37,311 nucleotides of DNA, taken from NCBI GenBank assembly GCA_964464185.1, contig CAYXFF010000001.1, positions 16,083 through 53,393 on the forward strand. Direction: 5' to 3'. Source of the DNA: an uncultured Syntrophaceae bacterium. GTDB lineage: Bacteria; Desulfobacterota; Syntrophia; Syntrophales; UBA4778. Shown here piece after piece: positions 9,692 through 17,391 of the stretch. The notes under the pieces are model-generated. The model searched no databases. It saw only the letters and a program-made list of their open reading frames with translations, and had not been told where the DNA came from. The first letter of the stretch is position 1; each line of letters opens with the position of its first letter. The position numbers and the translations under genes were made by a program.

Positions 9692-11488
9692 TTACTCATT
9701 TTCCGTTTTCAGCACCGACAGGAAGGCGCTCTGAGGGATGGTCACGTTTCCCACCATCTTCATGCGCTTTTTGCCTTTCTTCTGTTTTTCCAGAAGTTTT
9801 CGCTTGCGCGTGATATCGCCGCCGTAGCATTTCGCCGTGACGTCTTTCCGGAACGGAGAGATGGTCGTGCGGGCAATGATGTCGCCGCCGATGGCCCCCT
9901 GGATGGCGATCTTGAACATGTGACGGGGGATCTCGTCTTTGAGCCTCTCGCAGGCGAGAAGAGCCCTTGAACGCGCGCGGTCCCGGTGGACGATCTGGGA
10001 AAGAGCGTCCACTTTTTCGCCGTTCACAAGAATGTCGAGCAAAACAAGACTGCCCTCACGGTAATCGATGATGTCGTAGTCAAAGGAACCGTAACCCTGG
10101 GTGACGGTCTTGAAACGGTCGTAGAAATCGTAGATGACTTCGGCGAGCGGCATCTCGTAATTGAGTTCAGCGCGGGTCGGGCTCGTGTAATGGAGGTTGG
10201 AGTTCACACCGCGTTTTTCCATGCAGAGCTTCATGACAGTCCCGAGATACCTCTCCGGCAACATCATGGAGGCGCGGATATAGGGTTCTTCCGATTTAAG
10301 AATGGAAACAGGATCCGGATAAAATGACGGGTTATCGATAAAAACAGAACGGCCGTCCTTCAGGGTAAAGCGGTACCGGACACTGGGTACCGAGAGAATG
10401 ATGGACAGGTCGTATTCCCTTTCAAGACGCTCCTGGACGATATCCAGGTGAAGAAGGCCCAGGAATCCGCAGCGGTATCCCTGACCGAGTGCGACGGAGG
10501 AATCCTTTTGATAGACGAAAGAGGCGTCGTTGAGCTTGTACTTTTCCAGGGCCACAGACAGATCCTCGTAGTCCTCCGACGAGACGGGATAGATGGAAGA
10601 GAAGACCACGGGCTTCACGTCCTTGAAGCCGGGAAGGGGTTTTTCACAGGGCGTCTCGTGGTGGGTCATCGTGTCGCCGATACGGACGTCGGAAATGGTT
10701 TTAACGCCGGCTATGATGTATCCCACCTCTCCAGCGGAAAGCCTGTCTTTCTTCTCTCGCGCCAGAAGAAAGCGCCCCACTTCCTCTACTTTATACGCGG
10801 CTCCGCTGGACATGAAACGGATCACGTCACCTGCTGCCACCGACCCGTTGAAGATTCGGCAATGGATCACTGTCCCGCGGTAGACGTCGTACTGGGCGTC
10901 AAAAATGAGGGCCGCGAGCGGCTGATCTCCTGATCCCCTGGGAGGGGGAATTCTCTCCACAATCGCCTCAAGGATGTCTTCAATCCCGATCCCCTCTTTG
11001 GCCGAGCATTTCAAGTGAGTCTCGGGATCCAGTCCGAGCTCCGAATCGATCTGCTCGATGACCCTCTCCACGTCCGCCGAGATCAGGTCAATCTTGTTTA
11101 TGACAGGTATGATCGCAAGGTTATTCTCCATGGCGAGATAGAGATTGGCAAGGGTCTGGGCCTGAACACCCTGAGTCGCATCGATCAGGAGCAGGACACC
11201 CTCGCAGGAGGCCAGGGAGCGTGAAACTTCATATGAGAAATCTACGTGCCCCGGCGTATCGATAAGGTTGAGCATATAGGTTCTGCCGTGGCGCGCTCGA
11301 TAGGGGAGGGTGATCGCCTGGCTCTTGATCGTTATCCCCCGTTCACGCTCGATGTCCATGCTGTCCAGCATCTGATCCTTGAAGTTCCGCTGGTCGATCG
11401 CGCCTGAATATTCAATCAGCCGGTCCGCCAGAGTGGACTTTCCGTGATCGATATGGGCGATGATGCTGAAGTTGCGAATGGTATTCAT
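9692..11488 (-). CDS. lepA: Translation elongation factor 4 (LepA)
   Basis: IRNFSIIAHIDHGKSTLADRL, DTPGHVDF and NKIDL motifs, plus the LepA-specific C-terminal domain. 598 aa. Confidence 0.97.
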   Translation of the reverse strand: MNTIRNFSIIAHIDHGKSTLADRLIEYSGAIDQRNFKDQMLDSMDIERERGITIKSQAITLPYRARHGRTYMLNLIDTPGHVDFSYEVSRSLASCEGVLLLIDATQGVQAQTLANLYLAMENNLAIIPVINKIDLISADVERVIEQIDSELGLDPETHLKCSAKEGIGIEDILEAIVERIPPPRGSGDQPLAALIFDAQYDVYRGTVIHCRIFNGSVAAGDVIRFMSSGAAYKVEEVGRFLLAREKKDRLSAGEVGYIIAGVKTISDVRIGDTMTHHETPCEKPLPGFKDVKPVVFSSIYPVSSEDYEDLSVALEKYKLNDASFVYQKDSSVALGQGYRCGFLGLLHLDIVQERLEREYDLSIILSVPSVRYRFTLKDGRSVFIDNPSFYPDPVSILKSEEPYIRASMMLPERYLGTVMKLCMEKRGVNSNLHYTSPTRAELNYEMPLAEVIYDFYDRFKTVTQGYGSFDYDIIDYREGSLVLLDILVNGEKVDALSQIVHRDRARSRALLACERLKDEIPRHMFKIAIQGAIGGDIIARTTISPFRKDVTAKCYGGDITRKRKLLEKQKKGKKRMKMVGNVTIPQSAFLSVLKTENE

Positions 11489-11504
11489 AGGTTTATCAAA
11501 TGAT

Positions 11505-11539
11505 AAAAAAGCCCTTCCGTCTGCGCGGAGGGGCTTTTT
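11505..11539 (-). terminator. Rho-independent (bidirectional) terminator after adk
   Basis: A 9-bp GC-rich stem (11511-11519 pairs with 11526-11534) with a 6-nt loop. It is flanked by A6 on one side and T5 on the other, so each strand reads stem plus U-tract. Confidence 0.75.
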
Positions 11540-11564
11540 GCCAAGCCTTATTCCATTGGCGATA

Positions 11565-12239
11565 TTATTTCAGTTTCTTCAACAATTCTTCTGAGACTTC
11601 CTTCACGCCGGGGAGGCCGTCCACTCCGAGCACTTTCACTCTCTTCTTGAAGAAATTCACGGCGGCCAGGGTTCCCGTCGCCGCGTCATAGTAAATGTTG
11701 TGCCGCTTATCGATGGCCGACTCGTCCTGGTCGTCCGCCCTTGCGGTGAGCTTGTCGCCGCCGCAGACACGGCAGACCATCTTTCCATCTTTCATGGCCG
11801 GCTTGATCGCGTCGATATAAATATTGTTCGGATGATTATTGTCATTGGCGCAGAGCCGACGTCCCATGATCCGCTTCTTGGATGTTTCCCGATCAAGGAC
11901 AATCTCTATGACGTAATCGAGCTGGATGTTGTCTTTCTTCAAGGCCTCGAAGAGGGCTTCCGCCTGGGCCAGGTTCCTGGGGAAGCCGTCCAGAAGCCAG
12001 CCGCCTTTGCAGTCCGGCTCTTTGATGCGATTCAGGATCATGGGGATGGTGATGTCGTCCGGCACGAGTTCGCCCCGATCGATATAGGCCTTAGCCTTCT
12101 TTCCCAGATCGGTGCCCTTGGAGATATTCTCCCTGAAAATGACACCCGTCTCAATATGGGGAACGCCGTATTTCTTTTGGACCACAGCGCCCTGGGTGCC
12201 TTTGCCGCTTCCGTTCGGTCCGAAAATCAGAATATTCAT
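11565..12239 (-). CDS. adk: Adenylate kinase (long LID variant with Cys-X5-His...Cys-X2-Cys)
   Basis: P-loop (FGPNGSGKGTQ), LLDGFPRN, and a LID region (RRLCANDNNH...CRVCGG...RADD). An AAGGAG Shine-Dalgarno lies upstream. Confidence 0.95.
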   Translation of the reverse strand: MNILIFGPNGSGKGTQGAVVQKKYGVPHIETGVIFRENISKGTDLGKKAKAYIDRGELVPDDITIPMILNRIKEPDCKGGWLLDGFPRNLAQAEALFEALKKDNIQLDYVIEIVLDRETSKKRIMGRRLCANDNNHPNNIYIDAIKPAMKDGKMVCRVCGGDKLTARADDQDESAIDKRHNIYYDAATGTLAAVNFFKKRVKVLGVDGLPGVKEVSEELLKKLK

Positions 12240-12288
12240 GGATCAGACTCCTTTCAAGAAATGGGTCATAAAGTCTCAAGACAGCGAC

Positions 12289-12317
12289 CTTATAAGGGAT
12301 TATGAGGGATTGTGCAA
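12289..12317 (-). promoter_or_regulatory. sigma70-like promoter TTGCAC-N17-TATAAG for adk
   Basis: Read on the minus strand: TTGCAC (12317-12312), a 17-nt spacer, and TATAAG (12294-12289), about 45 nt upstream of the adk ATG. Confidence 0.55.
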
Positions 12318-12345
12318 GAGAAAATCTAAAGCTATGCAGGGCTTC

Positions 12346-13239
12346 TTATCTTCCCTCTGCCACAGCGCGAACCTTTGCCTCAAGGTTGATCAGGAAAGGT
12401 CTCTTCTCCTGAAGGATGGCCCCGGTATCTTCATAATCTTCCTTGTATATTCTCCTGACAACGGACGCGCGGTCGCCGTTAAAATGGTCGAGATAGTCTT
12501 CGATCCTCCGCCGGAAAGTCTCCGTCCGTTCGATCGTCTTCACCATGTAGCCCCTGGCGTCTTCACCGGTCAGAACAAAAAAATGACACATGAGAATCAT
12601 ATCGATGTCCAGGACGGCTATTTTCTGGAGGGACGCGGCGTAGTCTTTATAGCTGGCGAGAAATTCCGGATGAATGGTGAAATTCTTATCGAAGGCTCCG
12701 ATCGATTCGCCGGTTATGACCGCTTTGAATCGTGGAATATAGAAGCACATGGAATCCCGCGTGTGGCCTGGCGTTGATATGGCGCGAAAGGTCATCCCTC
12801 CGCCAAGATCGAATTCATCCCCGTCCTCGAGAACAATGTCCACATGAAGGGTGTCGAAGGTCACATCCTCGCCTCCTGTGAGCTCCGGATGTTTCTCCTC
12901 GTAATCCCGGCAGAGGCTCCGAATCAGTTCGATGGCATTGGGTTTCCGGAGCGTATCGGCGGCCAGCCGGCTCGCGCCGATCCTGAGTCCGGGGATTTGC
13001 CTTTTGAGATAAGGCGTCGCTCCGCTGTGGTCGAAATGAGAATGAGTCAGAAAGTTGAATTGAAGCCTTTTCGGGTCGCCCAGCAGCTGTTTCAGTTCTT
13101 TGAAATAGGTCGGCCCCATGAAGGTCATACCGGCATCAAAAAGAGCCGGTGTTTTTCCGAGCAGAAGATAGGCAGGGAGCTCAGGTCCCCCGATAGCATA
13201 AAGGTCTTCGGCGATTTTTCCTTGGCTGTTCAGGATCAT
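12346..13239 (-). CDS. MBL-fold metallo-hydrolase
   Basis: THSHFDHSG metal-binding motif, with later His/Asp positions (TPGHTRDS, CHF). 297 aa. Confidence 0.85.
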   Translation of the reverse strand: MILNSQGKIAEDLYAIGGPELPAYLLLGKTPALFDAGMTFMGPTYFKELKQLLGDPKRLQFNFLTHSHFDHSGATPYLKRQIPGLRIGASRLAADTLRKPNAIELIRSLCRDYEEKHPELTGGEDVTFDTLHVDIVLEDGDEFDLGGGMTFRAISTPGHTRDSMCFYIPRFKAVITGESIGAFDKNFTIHPEFLASYKDYAASLQKIAVLDIDMILMCHFFVLTGEDARGYMVKTIERTETFRRRIEDYLDHFNGDRASVVRRIYKEDYEDTGAILQEKRPFLINLEAKVRAVAEGR

Positions 13240-13261
13240 AAAAGCAGCTTCCGTTTTGAGA

Positions 13262-13285
13262 GATTAAAAGGCGGCCGACGGCCGC
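13262..13285 (-). terminator. Probable rho-independent terminator after the FmdB-like gene
   Basis: GCGGCC/GGCCGC stem (13271-13276 pairs with 13280-13285) with a very short loop. On the minus strand it is followed by CTTTTAA. Confidence 0.5.
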
Positions 13286-13300
13286 ACAGGATCAGCGCTG

Positions 13301-13510
13301 TCAGGAAAATTCCTTGCAGGTGGCCGCACAGGGCGGGACATCCGAGGAGGGCATTCCTTTCTCAACCCTGCTTCCGAAGACTGAGAGAAGTTTTTCAGTC
13401 TTTTCCGACCGGCAGCCGGGGCAGCAGACCTTCAATTTTTCGTCACTGGAACGGAACAGGACTTCGAAGACCTTCTTGCAATTCTTGCATCTGAATTCAT
13501 AAATGGGCAT
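13301..13510 (-). CDS. FmdB family zinc-ribbon protein
   Basis: MPIYEFRCKNCKKVFEVL...CPGCRS: the characteristic CxxC...CxxC N-terminal ribbon. 69 aa. Confidence 0.8.
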   Translation of the reverse strand: MPIYEFRCKNCKKVFEVLFRSSDEKLKVCCPGCRSEKTEKLLSVFGSRVEKGMPSSDVPPCAATCKEFS

Positions 13511-13656
13511 GGCGCATACTCGCTTTTTGGATTTTACGGCCTATGTTTAGAAAATAGAGCCCTGAATGTCAAGTACAATTCCTACAGGTGACGGAGGTTG
13601 ACGCCCGCGCCAAGTTATGCTACGAATCAGCGGCACAGCATAAGGAGGATGGTGTC

Positions 13657-14838
13657 ATGACCGTTTCCGCAAAGATTGAGCGTTTTATTTCGCAGTCTTC
13701 CTGGATCAGGAAGATGTTTGAAGACGGTATCAGGCTGAAGGCAAAGTACGGTGCCGGTGATGTTTACGATTTCACCCTGGGAAATCCCAATGTGGAACCG
13801 CCGCCGGAGTTTCAACGTCTGCTTCGCGAGATCGCGGCAAAGGACATTCCGGGAAAGCACGCCTATATGCCGAACGCCGGATATGTGGAAACGAGACGAT
13901 CCGTGGCCGAATATGTCAGCAGGGAGCACGGCCTTCCACTCACGGCGGACCACGTTGTCATGACCTGCGGCGCGGGCGGGGCGTTGAATGTCATCCTCAA
14001 AACCCTCCTTGACCCGGGAGAAGAGGTGATCATACCGAAGCCCTATTTTGTGGAGTACCAGTTTTATGTGGACAATCATAGCGGGGTAACGCGACTGGTC
14101 GAGACGGAGAAGGATTTTTCTCTTGACCTCGACCGCATGAGAGAAGCCATCACGGAAAAGGCAAAGGTCGTCCTCATCAATTCCCCCAACAACCCCACGG
14201 GAAAAGTATATGATCAAGCCGCGATCGACGGACTTGCCTCGCTGCTGATGGAAAAACAAAAGCAATACGGCCGGGAGATCTATCTCGTCTCCGATGAGCC
14301 CTACAGCCAGATTGTCTATGACGGGGTCACCGTGCCGAGTGTTTTGAGAGCGTACAGGAACAGCATCATCGCCACGTCGCATTCAAAGAACATTTCTATT
14401 CCCGGCGAAAGAATCGGCCACATCGCCGTGCACCCGGGTCTCTCGGAAGTTGAAAAAGTAATGGAAGGGCTCATCCTGAGCAATAGAATTCTCGGCTATG
14501 TCAATGCGCCGGCGCTGATGCAGCGGATCGTGGCGGGGCTCCAAGGGCTCGTGGTGAACGTGGACGAGTACAGGCGAAAGCGGGACATGCTGTGTCAGGG
14601 GTTGTCTTCAATGGGATACCGGTTCGAGGAACCCAAGGGCGCGTTTTATCTCTTTCCGAAAAGTCCCATAGAGGACGATGTGGCTTTTGTCCGCATCCTG
14701 CAAAAGAGCAACGTTCTGACGGTGCCCGGTACGGGATTCGGCGGCCCGGGCCATTTCCGAATTGCCTACTGTGTCGATGACGCCACTATCAGCAACTCGA
14801 TGAAAGGATTTGCCGAAGCCATGAGGGAATCCCGCTGA
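13657..14838 (+). CDS. Pyridoxal-phosphate-dependent aminotransferase, class I/II (aspartate/aromatic type)
   Basis: NPNNPTG and SHSKNISIPGERIG (PLP lysine) motifs. ATG at 13657 is preceded by AAGGAGGA. The track ORF start at 13588 is an extension. Confidence 0.9.
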   Translation: MTVSAKIERFISQSSWIRKMFEDGIRLKAKYGAGDVYDFTLGNPNVEPPPEFQRLLREIAAKDIPGKHAYMPNAGYVETRRSVAEYVSREHGLPLTADHVVMTCGAGGALNVILKTLLDPGEEVIIPKPYFVEYQFYVDNHSGVTRLVETEKDFSLDLDRMREAITEKAKVVLINSPNNPTGKVYDQAAIDGLASLLMEKQKQYGREIYLVSDEPYSQIVYDGVTVPSVLRAYRNSIIATSHSKNISIPGERIGHIAVHPGLSEVEKVMEGLILSNRILGYVNAPALMQRIVAGLQGLVVNVDEYRRKRDMLCQGLSSMGYRFEEPKGAFYLFPKSPIEDDVAFVRILQKSNVLTVPGTGFGGPGHFRIAYCVDDATISNSMKGFAEAMRESR

Positions 14839-14872
14839 TGAGTATGCCCTCAAAAGACGGAAGGGCCGTGAA

Positions 14873-15154
14873 CTAATAGCGAATGCTGAACCGGTCGAAT
14901 TTTCCGGAGAAGGGCTTGTCGGAGGTCCGGACGTCTTCAACGACGGCGTATGACGGGCCTTTTTTGCACCATTCGACCATGGCCAGGATGTCCTCTTCTC
15001 TTCCTTCGAAAACAGCCTCGACGCTTCCGTCAGGAAGGTTTCTTACCCAGCCGGTCAGGTTCAGGGATTCTGCCACGGTTCTCGTTCTCGCTCTGAAAAA
15101 GACACCCTGAACTCTTCCCGTGACGATCACACGCATTCCTTTCACGGCTGCCAT
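14873..15154 (-). CDS. acyP: Acylphosphatase
   Basis: 93 aa with the VTGRVQGVFFR signature and WVRNLPDGSVE. Confidence 0.9.
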   Translation of the reverse strand: MAAVKGMRVIVTGRVQGVFFRARTRTVAESLNLTGWVRNLPDGSVEAVFEGREEDILAMVEWCKKGPSYAVVEDVRTSDKPFSGKFDRFSIRY

Positions 15155-15161
15155 CCATCAC

Positions 15162-15434
15162 TCATTTCACACGCTTAATATCCGGGCCGGGTTTGAAGGG
15201 TCTGGAAGGAGCGTCTTTCTTCTGACTCTGCATTTTGAGAATCCGCTCGTTGAAAATCTGATTCTTTGCCCTTACGGCGTTGATGATAAAAAAAACGATG
15301 ATGGACCTTTCCCAATCTTTTGAGGTATCGAATTTTTCCATTCGATCCTTGTACTTATTCCACAAGGCGGTCATCGATGCCTCATCAAGGGCAAGAATTT
15401 TATCAGCCAGCTTCTCAAGGATCGATTCGAGCAC
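15162..15434 (-). CDS. Hypothetical small protein (about 90 aa, helical, basic C-terminal tail)
   Basis: GTG at 15434-15432 lies 7 nt downstream of AAGGAG. The track start (TTG, 15491) coincides with the -35 box of the promoter below and is unlikely. No family is recognised. The gene ends 7 nt before acyP. Confidence 0.5.
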   Translation of the reverse strand: MLESILEKLADKILALDEASMTALWNKYKDRMEKFDTSKDWERSIIVFFIINAVRAKNQIFNERILKMQSQKKDAPSRPFKPGPDIKRVK

Positions 15435-15462
15435 GGGAAGTCTCCTTCTTGAATGTGACAGA

Positions 15463-15491
15463 ATTGTAAAGAGCGGTGCTAAAAAAGTCAA
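15463..15491 (-). promoter_or_regulatory. Near-consensus sigma70 promoter TTGACT-N17-TACAAT for the small ORF-acyP unit
   Basis: Read on the minus strand: TTGACT (15491-15486), a 17-nt spacer, and TACAAT (15468-15463). Confidence 0.6.
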
Positions 15492-15544
15492 ACAAAAATA
15501 GTCAGTTCAGAAAGTGAACGCTTTGGCTGTTCATAAAATAATGC

Positions 15545-15572
15545 TTGTCTTTTTCGACGTTGCATATATAAT
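15545..15572 (+). promoter_or_regulatory. sigma70-like promoter TTGTCT-N16-TATAAT for the yfcE-like operon
   Basis: TTGTCT at 15545-15550, a 16-nt spacer, and consensus TATAAT at 15567-15572, 27 nt upstream of the ATG at 15599. Confidence 0.55.
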
Positions 15573-15598
15573 TTTGCAGCGTTTTAAGGGGAACAAAG

Positions 15599-16081
15599 AT
15601 GAAGATCGGCGTCATTTCAGATACCCATCTCCGGCATTACGATGAGAGACTCCGGGGGATTGTGGAGGAATATTTTCGGGATGTGGAAATTATTTTGCAT
15701 GCCGGCGACCTTGTAGCCCTCGAAGTTCTGGATGTCTTTGCCGGCAAGGAGGTGAAAGCCGTCTATGGAAATATGGACGGCGATGATATCCGGAACCGTC
15801 TCAGCGAAAAGATGCTGATTGAATTGGGTGGATTCAGGATTGGCCTCATTCATGGGTGGGGCATGCCTTTCGGTCTTGAGAAAAAGCTGAGGAAGCAGTT
15901 CGACCAAATCGACTGCCTGGTTTATGGGCATACCCATCATGCCTGTAACAGATCCAAGGACGGTGTGCTCTATTTCAATCCGGGATCGGCGATGGATAAA
16001 AGGTTTGCGAAAAAGAACACCATCGGCATCCTTGAAATCGGAGATACGATCACCGGACGAATCATAGATGTTTCTGTTTGA
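15599..16081 (+). CDS. YfcE/MJ0936 family metallophosphoesterase
   Basis: MKIGVISDTH...HAGD...GNMD...GHTH motif series typical of this phosphodiesterase family. 160 aa. Confidence 0.85.
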   Translation: MKIGVISDTHLRHYDERLRGIVEEYFRDVEIILHAGDLVALEVLDVFAGKEVKAVYGNMDGDDIRNRLSEKMLIELGGFRIGLIHGWGMPFGLEKKLRKQFDQIDCLVYGHTHHACNRSKDGVLYFNPGSAMDKRFAKKNTIGILEIGDTITGRIIDVSV

Positions 16082-16089
16082 GGTCTCAA

Positions 16090-16575
16090 ATGAAATTTAT
16101 CGTGGCGCCCTGGAGGATGGCGTACATCATGAGTAACAAAAATGAAGGCTGCGTATTTTGCGAGGATTCCATAAGGGACGCCTGCTATGTTCTCCATGAG
16201 GGCAGGGGAGCCTTTGTCATCATGAACCGGTACCCCTATACCAACGGTCACCTGCTGGTTGCACCCCGCCGCCATGTCGCAGATCTCGAAGCGTTGACCG
16301 AAGAGGAAAGCCGGGAGATATTTGAACTGGCACGTGTCTGCGTCGGCGTCTTGAAGGCAGCGATAAGGCCTGACGGGTTCAATATAGGGATCAATCTCGG
16401 AAAAGCAGGAGGTGCGGGCGTGGACGATCACATTCATCTGCATGTTGTTCCGAGATGGGTGGGAGACACCAATTTCATGACGTCCCTGGCCGAGACCAGG
16501 GTGATTCCTGAAGATTTGAACAAAACCTGCGAAATCCTTTTGCCCTATTTCAAGAAATTGTGCCAGGAGGTGTGA
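16090..16575 (+). CDS. HIT family protein (Ap4A phosphorylase-like branch)
   Basis: NRYPYTNGHLLVAPRRH and the histidine triad (DDHIHLHVVPRW). ATG at 16090 lies 6 nt after GAGG. The track start TTG at 16078 overlaps the preceding stop. Confidence 0.85.
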   Translation: MKFIVAPWRMAYIMSNKNEGCVFCEDSIRDACYVLHEGRGAFVIMNRYPYTNGHLLVAPRRHVADLEALTEEESREIFELARVCVGVLKAAIRPDGFNIGINLGKAGGAGVDDHIHLHVVPRWVGDTNFMTSLAETRVIPEDLNKTCEILLPYFKKLCQEV

Positions 16576-16576
16576 G

Positions 16577-16912
16577 GTGAAATTTATCGTCACGATCTTG
16601 ATCATGGGACTGGTCTTTTTGGCTATCACATTTTCACAGCAGAACACGGTGGCGGTGCCCATCACTTATTTCGACCTGATCCAGCCGGGATTCAAGCTGC
16701 CGTCTTATCTCCTGATCTTTTTTTCCTTTCTCGCCGGGGTCATCATTGCGGGGCTGATTGGCATGGTCGAGCGTTTCAAGCTGGCCATGAAAGCGTCAAA
16801 ATTGAGCAGGGAAATAAAAGGGCTGGAGAGCGAGATATACGAACTGAGAAAAAAGGCTCTTTCAGAACATTCCAGGACGATGCCTCCGTTGAGCGATCAG
16901 AATCTCCTATAG
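16577..16912 (+). CDS. LapA-like (DUF1049) membrane protein
   Basis: 111 aa with two TM helices followed by a charged coiled segment. GTG start 1 nt after the HIT stop. Confidence 0.55.
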   Translation: MKFIVTILIMGLVFLAITFSQQNTVAVPITYFDLIQPGFKLPSYLLIFFSFLAGVIIAGLIGMVERFKLAMKASKLSREIKGLESEIYELRKKALSEHSRTMPPLSDQNLL

Positions 16913-16923
16913 CAAGAAAAGTC

Positions 16924-17391
16924 ATGAAATTTATCACCGACCGTTCCCTCGGGACGCTGGCCAAGTGGCTTAGGATCCTGGGATACGACACGCTGTTTTA
17001 TGAGGGCAACGCAGATAGATCGCTTCTGACAACGGCCAGGGGTGAAGAGAGAGTTGTTTTAACCAGGAAAAAAGACATGGCCCAAAAGCAGTTTTCAGGG
17101 AAAATGATGATCCTGATGTCGGACCGTGTAGAGAATCAATTGATAGAAGTCATCGATAGGTTTTCTCTCCGGCCGGAAAAGAGTCATCTCTTCAGTCGCT
17201 GCCTTCAATGCAATGAAAGACTCATCGGGATCGGAAAAGATGACGTGAAGGGGCGGGTACCGCCATACACCTTTGAAAATCAGGATGCCTTCATGATCTG
17301 TCCCATGTGCCGCCGCATTTTCTGGCCGGGGACTCACAAAGAGCGCGCGGAAAAGTGGCTCAGGTCGCGCATTCGGACGGATCGCCCTTGA
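16924..17391 (+). CDS. Mut7-C RNase domain (DUF82, PIN-like plus zinc ribbon) protein
   Basis: MKFITDRSLGTLAKWLRILGYD N-terminus and C-terminal CLQCN...CPMCRRIFWPGTH, characteristic of Mut7-C/DUF82. Confidence 0.7.
   Translation: MKFITDRSLGTLAKWLRILGYDTLFYEGNADRSLLTTARGEERVVLTRKKDMAQKQFSGKMMILMSDRVENQLIEVIDRFSLRPEKSHLFSRCLQCNERLIGIGKDDVKGRVPPYTFENQDAFMICPMCRRIFWPGTHKERAEKWLRSRIRTDRP

Noticed and set aside
16577-17391. LapA-like small membrane protein plus PIN-like Mut7-C RNase, considered as a toxin-antitoxin or abortive-infection pair
   Set aside because: There is no antitoxin-like DNA-binding partner. The genes sit inside a housekeeping-type operon with conserved-family neighbours. There is no mobile-element context or compositional anomaly.
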